Shown: positions 1 through 8,100 of the stretch, piece by piece
Layout of the letters: the number at the start of each line of letters is the position of its first letter
How positions within the stretch are numbered: the stretch's first letter is position 1
IMG/VR virus record: IMGVR_UViG_3300034025_000003
Source: a virus
DNA: 48,740 bases
Reading direction: 5' to 3' (one strand)
Notes under the pieces: generated by a model
Databases searched by the model: none
Told to the model about the DNA's origin: nothing
The model's input: only the letters and a program-made list of their open reading frames with translations
Translations under genes and position numbers: made by a program

Positions 1-127
1 AGCTTTACGATTGGTACGTATCTGGCTAACGGTACGGCAGACAACGCTACGGGTATCCGTACGGCAGCGGGCACTGACGGTGCTCAGGTAGGCACTCAGC
101 TTGCTGCCGCTCGTTTCGCGGGTGTTA
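1..127. repeat. 127-bp exact copy of 48614..48740 (assembly overlap of a circular or terminally redundant genome)
   Basis: Bases 1-127 (agctttacgattggtacg...cgcgggtgtta) read identically to the last 127 bases of the window. Confidence 0.95.
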
Positions 128-186
128 CTACGACTGGTGTTTACACAGCAGGTCGTATTCAGGTAGTTGTCTCTTACCTTTACTAA
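1..186 (+). CDS. C-terminal part of the wrap-around capsid-associated (decoration-like) protein; same gene as 48317..48740
   Basis: After removing the 127-bp overlap, the frame opened at ATG 48317 continues in phase to TAA at 184-186, giving about 160 aa. The gene lies immediately downstream of the major capsid gene. Confidence 0.6.
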   Translation, partial: SFTIGTYLANGTADNATGIRTAAGTDGAQVGTQLAAARFAGVTTTGVYTAGRIQVVVSYLY

Positions 187-208
187 CTTCCCCTGTTTGT
201 GGGATAGG

Positions 209-243
209 GCAGGGGGCTTCCGAAAAGGGAGTCCCCTGCTTTC
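209..243 (+). terminator. Intrinsic terminator after the capsid operon
   Basis: GCAGGGGGCT-loop-AGTCCCCTGC stem (one G-U pair) followed by TTTC, located just after the stop at 186. Confidence 0.6.
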
Positions 244-262
244 GTGATTAAGGAATAAGTAA

Positions 263-739
263 ATGGAGCACAGACTCCTTACCGGAAATAGTTTGCACGA
301 ACCGAAAGGCGTAGAGACCGCAACAAACGGGCAGGTCTACGTTGCAAACGGTGCAGGCAGTGGGACGTGGAGGGACATCGCAAGCGGCAACAACTACCTC
401 AACAAGTTCGTAATCGTTGATTCGCTTGCTGACGTAAGCGCTCCGTCGTCGATCTTTCAGGTTGTGCCAAACAAGGCGAACCTGACACGTATTTACACTG
501 TATTAGGCGGCTCGATAACGACCGCTAACTCTGTTTTGACTATATATAAGAATAACGTAGCGCAGACGCCAACCATCACAATCCCTTTTACAGGCAGCGG
601 GCCGGGCGTTAAGACTTCGACAGCTATTTCTCCTGTCATCGCTTTTGCTGAAGGAGACGTAATTGAGATTCGTTCTGATGGGGGTTCGTCTGGAACGCAA
701 ACTCTCGCAGTTACGCTAAGCTTTGTAGCGGTCAACTAA
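263..739 (+). CDS. Virion structural protein, fibre-like N-terminus
   Basis: 158-aa ORF with an AAGGA RBS. The LHEPKG...GQVYVANGAGSGTW motif resembles phage fibre or structural proteins, and the ORF sits in the structural module. Confidence 0.45.
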   Translation: MEHRLLTGNSLHEPKGVETATNGQVYVANGAGSGTWRDIASGNNYLNKFVIVDSLADVSAPSSIFQVVPNKANLTRIYTVLGGSITTANSVLTIYKNNVAQTPTITIPFTGSGPGVKTSTAISPVIAFAEGDVIEIRSDGGSSGTQTLAVTLSFVAVN

Positions 740-740
740 G

Positions 741-1073
741 ATGGAACCGTCAAAAGAGTTGAGTATGGACAATCAAATCCTCTACAAGCTAGGAGGTATT
801 GAATCCCAGGTGTCTTCAATCAGAGATGATATAACCAAAGTAGTTCGTCGACTTGAGGAACGTATCGACGATGACCGAGTAGAAGTTGCGAAGGAGCTGA
901 AAGCGATAGAAGATCGACTTAAAGCTACGGAACTGATGACAAGAATTCACGACGATTGGATTAAAGCTTGGGCTGTTCGATCTGCGATGATTCTCGGAAT
1001 CTTCTCTGTCTTCTGGCTTCTGTTCGGATCAGTCGTTATTAAAGTAATCGGGGGACTTCACATTGGCGGTTAA
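741..1073 (+). CDS. Hypothetical coiled-coil protein with a C-terminal transmembrane segment
   Basis: 110-aa ORF with a charged helical N-terminal half and a hydrophobic tail (AMILGIFSVFWLLFGSVVIKVIGG). Confidence 0.5.
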   Translation: MEPSKELSMDNQILYKLGGIESQVSSIRDDITKVVRRLEERIDDDRVEVAKELKAIEDRLKATELMTRIHDDWIKAWAVRSAMILGIFSVFWLLFGSVVIKVIGGLHIGG

Positions 1074-1824
1074 AACTTTGCTGTCTCTAACTCAAAATAT
1101 TTTGAGTGCTATGGACAGCGACGAAGTCAACAGCATTTACGATACTGTCGAAGCTTTGCAAGTCGCAACTATCGTCGTTGAGACCTTCGAGGCTGAATTC
1201 GGTAACGTTGAAATTCCCGCTTTCGATCGAATACTGAAGCTAGAGTCTGTTTCCGATCTTAACCGCCCTAACTATCTACGATACGGGGGTGACGTCTCCG
1301 CTATCAAGTGGCTTAGGTATCGTGACGCTCGTAACCACGGTCGATACGTCAACGTCCACTATCTTGAACCAACTTCGTTCTTCGATCGCTTGACACAGAG
1401 CACAGGGCGTGGTCGATACGACATGAAAGTAACCGATCCTTCGGGCGTCTCTTACTTCATCACGACTAACAGCGCCCCTCACTTTTATACGTCAGTCGAC
1501 AACAACTACCTCATTTTCGACGGATATGACAGCAAAGAAGAAGATACGCTAGAAGAACGCAACAGTTTTTGTATCGGTTCTACGTCAGTATCAGACGGTC
1601 TTCTAGAAGACGACTTCGTCTTTCCTATCCCCGGAAACTATTTTCCTCTGCTACTTGCAGAAGCCAAAGCTACGTGTTTTCTTACAATAAAGCAAATGCC
1701 CTCTCCTAAAAGCGAGCAAATCGCTAGGCGTCAGCGCTCGCGCGTACAGAACAACATGTACAAATCAGTGAAAGCTAATTATCCTTATGCCCGTTCTAAG
1801 TTCGATTTCAGTAGAAAAAGATGA
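1063..1824 (+). CDS. Tail tubular protein A-like (T7 gp11-like adaptor)
   Basis: 253 aa. The N-terminus (LTQNILSAMDSDEVNSIYDTVEALQVA) resembles the gp11 family, and its position before the nozzle-like genes matches the T7 gene order. Confidence 0.5.
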   Translation: MAVKTLLSLTQNILSAMDSDEVNSIYDTVEALQVATIVVETFEAEFGNVEIPAFDRILKLESVSDLNRPNYLRYGGDVSAIKWLRYRDARNHGRYVNVHYLEPTSFFDRLTQSTGRGRYDMKVTDPSGVSYFITTNSAPHFYTSVDNNYLIFDGYDSKEEDTLEERNSFCIGSTSVSDGLLEDDFVFPIPGNYFPLLLAEAKATCFLTIKQMPSPKSEQIARRQRSRVQNNMYKSVKANYPYARSKFDFSRKR

Positions 1825-2113
1825 ATACGGTTTCAAGCGCGTAGAAAAGTTTCGTACAGAACGAGGACTCGAGTTGTCGATACAGACTACAGCGGGCGGT
1901 CTATACGAAATCATTCCTCACGGAGCCGGTTCCAATCCTCCAAAGGTCTGCAACGAACGTTTTACGTCTCATCTAAAAGCTCGTAACGCTCTTGAAGATT
2001 ACATTAAGAGTACAGATCGGTTGGGGTTCGCAGAATATCCGTCGAAGCCTCCCGAAAAGTTTCATCCATCTAGGCAACAGAAGAAGGTAAAGACGGATGA
2101 GTCAAGCACGTAG
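1787..2113 (+). CDS. Hypothetical protein
   Basis: 108-aa ORF that overlaps its neighbours at both ends. No recognisable motif. Confidence 0.4.
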   Translation: MPVLSSISVEKDEYGFKRVEKFRTERGLELSIQTTAGGLYEIIPHGAGSNPPKVCNERFTSHLKARNALEDYIKSTDRLGFAEYPSKPPEKFHPSRQQKKVKTDESST

Positions 2114-2732
2114 TAACAAGCTTTACCGTACGTTCGTAAAAGGGCTAGTAACGGAGGCATCCCCTCTTACTTATCCTGAAGATACTTCGCTCGACGAGTG
2201 TAACACGATCCCTTCTCGTAAGGGTAACCGAACTCGTCGATACGGTATGAACTACAGTGCTGACAACATCGTTGATCGTGACTATAATCCGAGAGATGCA
2301 AAAAACGAGTTTATGTGGCGAGCAGTCGGAGCTAATCCCGGCCTATCGTTTCTCGTCGTTCAAAATGGCGGCAACATCAGTTTTTACGACAGAACGAAGA
2401 TGGCTTTCGCCTCAAGCAAGAAAAGCTTTGAAATTGATTTGACAATTTACACACGCCCGGGTGTGTCTACGATTACTTCTCAATTTTGTAAGTTTGCGAG
2501 TGGCAAAGGCTATCTGTTTATCGTCAATCCGGATATCGAACCTCTCGTCGTAACTTACGATAAAGATACAGACAACATTACAGTAACGAAGATTGCCATT
2601 CTAGCTCGCGACTTCGAAGGGTTGCGAGATGGACTGCAAAATGACGAAGAGCCTTCTGAACTCTCGAAGTCCCATTTCTACAACCTTTTGAATCAAGGTT
2701 GGGTGTCGACTAAAACAAGTGGTACAAATTAA
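2097..2732 (+). CDS. Tail tubular protein B / nozzle-like, N-terminal segment
   Basis: 211 aa. The N-terminus (LYRTFVKGLVTEASPLTYPEDTSLDECN...RKGNRTRR) resembles the T7 gp12-type N-terminus. The ORF ends with a TAATG overlap onto the next ORF. Confidence 0.5.
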   Translation: MSQARSNKLYRTFVKGLVTEASPLTYPEDTSLDECNTIPSRKGNRTRRYGMNYSADNIVDRDYNPRDAKNEFMWRAVGANPGLSFLVVQNGGNISFYDRTKMAFASSKKSFEIDLTIYTRPGVSTITSQFCKFASGKGYLFIVNPDIEPLVVTYDKDTDNITVTKIAILARDFEGLRDGLQNDEEPSELSKSHFYNLLNQGWVSTKTSGTN

Positions 2733-4366
2733 TGGTGATGGCTTATGACGAAACTTACGTCGGGGACAGCTATCCTAACGGCGAAGTAACAACTTACGAT
2801 CCCGTTACTTACGAACCTATCGTAGCTCAACAGTCTTTTGCTGGCAATCCCATATTCGTCTACAAAGATGCCATTGGTCGATTCCCGGGCAACAACAAGC
2901 AATGGTGGGCAGCTAGAGCTGAAGCTGATGATTCGGCCACTGGTCAAAAAGCTGGCGACTTTCTACCAGAAGTTCTTCAGACTTTCTACAGCGGCAACAA
3001 TCGTGCCCCTCGTGGTCACTTCATTCTTAACCAATTTCGAAAGGATCGAGCAGCCGTAAGCGGCGTTACCGATATCCCGGTAGAAGAGCTTGGCGAACGC
3101 CCGAACAGCGTAACCTTCTTCAGTGGTCGAGCTTGGTTCGCCTGTCAGTCAACCGTTTATTTCAGTCAAATTCTCGACAGCGCAGACGCTTCTAAGGCCG
3201 GTCTTTGTTATCAAGAGGCTGATCCTACAGCCGAAGACATCAGTGATCTTATTCAATCTGATGGCGGTGTTGTCCCAATTCCTGAAGCAGACCACATTGA
3301 GAACCTTTACCCTCTCGGCAACGGCGTAATGGTGTTTGCTCAGAACGGTGTTTGGTTTATCAGCGGTGGTAGCGACGCTTTCACAGCGACTAACATTAGC
3401 GTAAGCAAAGTAAGCCCTATCGGAACTAAGTGTTCTTCTTCGATTGTCGAAACAGACGGAACTATCTTTTGGTGGTCTGAGATTGGCATTCAAGCTATTC
3501 AACAGGCTTCCGGACAGTTCGGACCAATCCCTGGTCGATTCGGCAATTCCAACATCGCTGAACAGACGATCCAGACATTCTACAACGAGATTGGTTCGAC
3601 AGCTAAGTCACAAGCTAAAGGGATGCTTGATCCACGAAACAATCTTGTCTACTGGCTTTATAGTTCGACTAATTCACCGAACTTTGAATACGACAGCGTT
3701 CTTATTTACGACATAACGCTTCAGGCTTTTTACCCGTGGAAGTTCAGTTCGATCGAAGATGGACCTGTTCTGAACGGTGTATTTCTCGACAGCGGCTATC
3801 TCGAAAGCGGGGCGAGCTACGCAGTTACTGATAACGGCGCTAACGTAACTGACGGTGGTGAAACTGTCGTTTCCTTTATTTCTGATTCAGCTCTCAAACC
3901 CTCTGCTATTTACTATCTCGCACAAATCCCAGACGCAGGTTTGACAGTAGCTGCCCCTATCTCGTTTGACTACGTAGATTGGAACGAGTGGGACGGCGAA
4001 GGAGCGGCGTATGATTCGTTTATCCTAACTGGATACGAGCTAAACAACGACGCGATGCGCAACAAGCAAATCGTTTATCTGTTCGCGCACTTCCGACGTA
4101 CGGAAGATGACAGCGGTCAGAATCCATCTTCGTGCTTGATGACTGCTCGTTGGGATTGGGCAGGAAATCGTAACGTGAATAAATGGTCGAGAGAGACTGA
4201 AGTCTATCGTCCTCGATCAGTAAATCTTACTGACGTCGTCGTCAGTAAAAACAAGGTACGTGGTAGTGGAAAATCCGTTCAATGGCGCTTCGGAACAAAC
4301 GAGCGCGGTAAAACCTTCGATCTCCTTGGCTGGTCTGTTGGATTCAGCGGAGTTACCGAATCTTAA
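2732..4366 (+). CDS. Tail tubular protein B / nozzle-like, main segment
   Basis: 544-aa beta-rich ORF directly following 2097..2732. Together the two ORFs total about 755 aa, which matches the size of single-chain nozzle proteins. Confidence 0.5.
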   Translation: MVMAYDETYVGDSYPNGEVTTYDPVTYEPIVAQQSFAGNPIFVYKDAIGRFPGNNKQWWAARAEADDSATGQKAGDFLPEVLQTFYSGNNRAPRGHFILNQFRKDRAAVSGVTDIPVEELGERPNSVTFFSGRAWFACQSTVYFSQILDSADASKAGLCYQEADPTAEDISDLIQSDGGVVPIPEADHIENLYPLGNGVMVFAQNGVWFISGGSDAFTATNISVSKVSPIGTKCSSSIVETDGTIFWWSEIGIQAIQQASGQFGPIPGRFGNSNIAEQTIQTFYNEIGSTAKSQAKGMLDPRNNLVYWLYSSTNSPNFEYDSVLIYDITLQAFYPWKFSSIEDGPVLNGVFLDSGYLESGASYAVTDNGANVTDGGETVVSFISDSALKPSAIYYLAQIPDAGLTVAAPISFDYVDWNEWDGEGAAYDSFILTGYELNNDAMRNKQIVYLFAHFRRTEDDSGQNPSSCLMTARWDWAGNRNVNKWSRETEVYRPRSVNLTDVVVSKNKVRGSGKSVQWRFGTNERGKTFDLLGWSVGFSGVTES

Positions 4367-4664
4367 GGAGTTGTTTCGTGATAAAGATATCGGCTGTGCT
4401 GCTGTTCATTTGGTCGATGAAAAAATTATTGTTCATTCTGAACTCTACGGAAAAGTCGGAAAAGAAAAGATGGAGGTGGTTCGGTCTGTGAGTGAAGCTA
4501 TTGACGAAGCTTTTCGAGCGAAGGGTGTGAAAAAGCTCCACACTTGGGCAGGAACAGACGAACAATATCGGTACAATCTTTTTCTAGGTTATCGACCAAC
4601 CGGAGAAGAAGTAACGTTTGACGGAGTACCTTCAGGGTTCTTCGAGTTTGAGAAAGACCTCTAA
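4260..4664 (+). CDS. Hypothetical protein (start uncertain, probably downstream of 4366)
   Basis: The ORF-track frame overlaps the previous gene by 107 nt. An internal ATG (MEVVRSV...) preceded by a purine-rich stretch is an alternative start. Confidence 0.35.
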   Translation: MVVENPFNGASEQTSAVKPSISLAGLLDSAELPNLKELFRDKDIGCAAVHLVDEKIIVHSELYGKVGKEKMEVVRSVSEAIDEAFRAKGVKKLHTWAGTDEQYRYNLFLGYRPTGEEVTFDGVPSGFFEFEKDL

Positions 4665-5122
4665 TGCCTGCTATAGCTATTGCCGCTGCTGGACTAGCGA
4701 TTTCTGCTGTCGGAACAGTAGCTACCATTAGTTCTCAGAATAAGATGCAGAAGGCGCAAGCCAATCAGTACAAGTTTGAGCGACAAATACAAACTAACCG
4801 TTCAACTCGCGAGCGAAGAGATGCCATCAGAGCTGCTCGATTGACGCAAGGTGCGCTTGTTCAGACAGGTGAGAATCAAGGTGCGTCTGGTACTTCTTCT
4901 GCGCTTGGCGGCATGGGATCGATTACTTCACAGCTGAACAGTAATCTTTCGTTTCTTGACACAAACACTAAGCTTGCGGATCGTGCAGGAACTGCTGCTG
5001 GCGATGCTCGAAAAGCTGCGGCAGCGGCTTCTAACTGGAACGGTGTTACGCAGCTTGGGATGCAAATCTTCAACAACAGCGGCACTATCGCCTCTAAAAT
5101 TTCAAAGCCAAAGGCTCCTTAA
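4664..5122 (+). CDS. Internal virion protein (gp14-like position)
   Basis: 152 aa with a hydrophobic N-terminus (MPAIAIAAAGLAISAVGTVATI) and an Ala/Gly/Ser-rich body. It precedes the giant internal proteins. Confidence 0.5.
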   Translation: MPAIAIAAAGLAISAVGTVATISSQNKMQKAQANQYKFERQIQTNRSTRERRDAIRAARLTQGALVQTGENQGASGTSSALGGMGSITSQLNSNLSFLDTNTKLADRAGTAAGDARKAAAAASNWNGVTQLGMQIFNNSGTIASKISKPKAP

Positions 5123-8100
5123 TGGCCGAATCTGATTTCGATTTTGCAATAGACGAAGTTGCTTCGAGTGATTTCGACGGTACTGTTGTGCCGACGATCA
5201 GCAACAAGCAACCTTCAGACCTGACGACACAAATTGCTGCTCTCGCTACTTCGGAAGATGGCGGCGCTAGCGGACTACAAGCAGACGCCATCGAAACTAC
5301 GCGAGCGAGGCTTGCAGCTGGTGACGAATACAACATGCGTCTGCAGATTGCTGCTAAGAGGCAGACACGTCAAGCTCGCAACGTAAGCAACAATCTTGCT
5401 GCTGCGGTATCGAAGAGTCCTGTAACAACTCCTGAAACTCGTAAACTAGTCTCAGACACTTACAACGCAGTAATTAATCAGCGCATCGAAGACCAAGCAA
5501 ATTCTGCTCTTGAGCGCGAAGCAATTGATAACATCCAAGATAACTTAGCCGCTAATGATCCGGTAGAGGCGAAGCTTACGTACGAGCTGATGTTCGGACG
5601 TGGTAACGCGACTAAAGTTTGGTTCGACAGCGCGACAAAGAATCTTATTCTTGCGCAGAAGATCGAACAGCTGCAGAACGAGGCTAGTGACCAAAGTTGG
5701 ACGCGTGAAATTGTCAACGGTCTAATCGGTCTCATCCCGTTCAACAGCAACTTTGCTAACGTCGGTATCGTAAACGGCGAGCGAACAGGCGGTTTTATGA
5801 ACTGGCTGTTGAGTGGTTCAAGTCTTCAGACTCAATCTGAAGAAATGAAGGCTAAGTACGTTAGTCCCGAAGATTTCGCAGAAGCGATGAAGGACGGCGG
5901 AGAACTCGATCGGAATCTGCGAGAGAACTCGACTACGCTTGGTTCTTACGATCCACGTGTTGCTGCATCGATAATGCAGGGCCTCGACTACCAGACTGAA
6001 AGTGATCGTCTTACCGCCAACGCTTGGTCCCTAGTCGATCCCCTCACAGCCCCTATTCCGTGGATGGCCAAGGGTCTTAAGATTCCGGGAATGCTTCAGC
6101 GTTTGGGATCGAGGTCTGCTGCTCGCTCTGTTTTGACGGGATCGATTGAAGATATCATCGCTAACGGCGCGGAAGGTGCAGCTAAGAGAACAGGTATTTC
6201 TGAAGCTGACGCAATTGAGGGTCTCGAAGTCTCGGCTATGAAGCCGTCGACTCCTAACGATGTGCCATTGGCCGTCGACGTTCAGGCACAGCTTGAGACT
6301 GTTCAGCGCTTTCGTCAAGAAGCTGCAAATCTTAATCCACCATCAAGTCTGACAAATGCTGACGAACTAGCGGAAGCACTCACTGCTAGGGTCACAGCAA
6401 TTGAGAAGGAGACGGGACGTCCGGTTAAGGATGTCAAGTACTTCACTAAAGACATTGCAACAGGCGAACGTACGCAACGTGGACTGCTTGATCCGCTGCC
6501 TGAGAACGGTAACGTAGTGCATCAGGTCGAAGTGACGTGGGGCAAGAAGGACGGCGGCGGGTACGCGCGAGCGAAGACAGCTGTTTCCGAAATGTTGTCG
6601 AAGCTTGGTGTTCGTGCTGAAGCTGTGGGCGAAGAAGTAGTAACTGAAAAAGCAGTTAGCAACGAAGCTCTTGGTTTTCGAACAAAAGCTTTTCACGGCA
6701 CAGGTCGAGCATTTGATGAGTTCGACGAAAGTCTTGGCGGACTAACGACTGACGCAGACGTAGCTAAGCTCGGACTGTTCTTTACGGCTGAGCCCAGAAT
6801 GGCTAGTAGCTACGCAGTTCACGCGGCAGACGTTGCAAATCATAAAGAGTTCAACATCCTACGAGATAAGTTGTCGGCTGGTACGCTGACTGACGAAGAA
6901 GAAGCTCGATACGGAGAACTAATTGAAGGTATTCCTGACCACGCAGGAGCTAATATTAGACCTGTAGTCATCGATACTTCCAAGTTCGTTGAGTTTGACA
7001 TGACTGGCGATCTAGTCAGCGGCGCTCAAAAGATTCGTCAGGCAAAGCTTGACGGACACGAAGGAATAATTCTTCGCAACTACGCAGATGACGGACGAGG
7101 CGGAACAGTCGGAGATGTCTTCGCAGTTTTCGACAAGACAAAGGTTCGATCGCAGTTTGAAGTCGGTCTGACACGAGATGTCAGTGGTCAATGGTTCGGC
7201 AAGGCAACGTTCGACGTTCCGCTCGATGGCTTTCGTACAACCCCCCTTGACACTCAAAAGAACGGCTTACTTGCTCCGATTCGTTCAGATGCTCGTCGTG
7301 TTGACAAGTCTGCACAGTCAAAGGCGGTTGCTGCATCCTCGTCTGCTAACCGCTTGCGTGACGCTATTGGTAGGCGCGTAAAGGAGTCGCTCAAGGGTAT
7401 CAGCTCGATCGATCGAATTCGTCTTGATGAGATCATTCGTAAGGGTTCGAACGAAAGCAAGTGGCTGACTGATAACGAGTTCAATATTCTCTACGAACGT
7501 TTAGCTGGTGAAGGTAAGCTGCCGTCCGACAAGGTTTTAAACGCTTACCACGAGTACAGATTTGTCAATGATCTTGATTTTAGCTGGCGTCGTGAGCAGT
7601 TGTACAAAGCTGACGTCGAAGCTGGCTACGAAAACGTTAAGATGAGCGTTGCAGGTAACAACGTCGACGGAGCAGGTAAGATCAGCGTTGGCGGCAATAG
7701 GCCAACTGAACGTGTCTACAATCGAACTGATAACACACTTTACAACTCGGCCAATCCCCTAACACAAGATGAGTGGACACGTCTTACGGGAGAAGGATAT
7801 CTACTCGTTGATCTAAAGGAAGGTCTTGATGCAGGAGGAACCCATTTCCGAAAAGTGCTTGTTCACCGATCAGAACTTGAGCGGTCTCCCCTTAAACTTG
7901 AAAAGAGTCTCGGATATAAGGCCGGAGGTCATCGTGCGTACACGGGCCGATATTATCTTAAGCAGGCTTCGGGAGGTACTCAAGCTGATAGCGGATCAAA
8001 GTTCCTCAAAAACCCGAACGTCTTCCGAACCGGAAACAATCCTAATACGCTAGGAGCTTGGGCGAAGATTTTCAATCGCGCTATCGACGACGCAAAGAAA

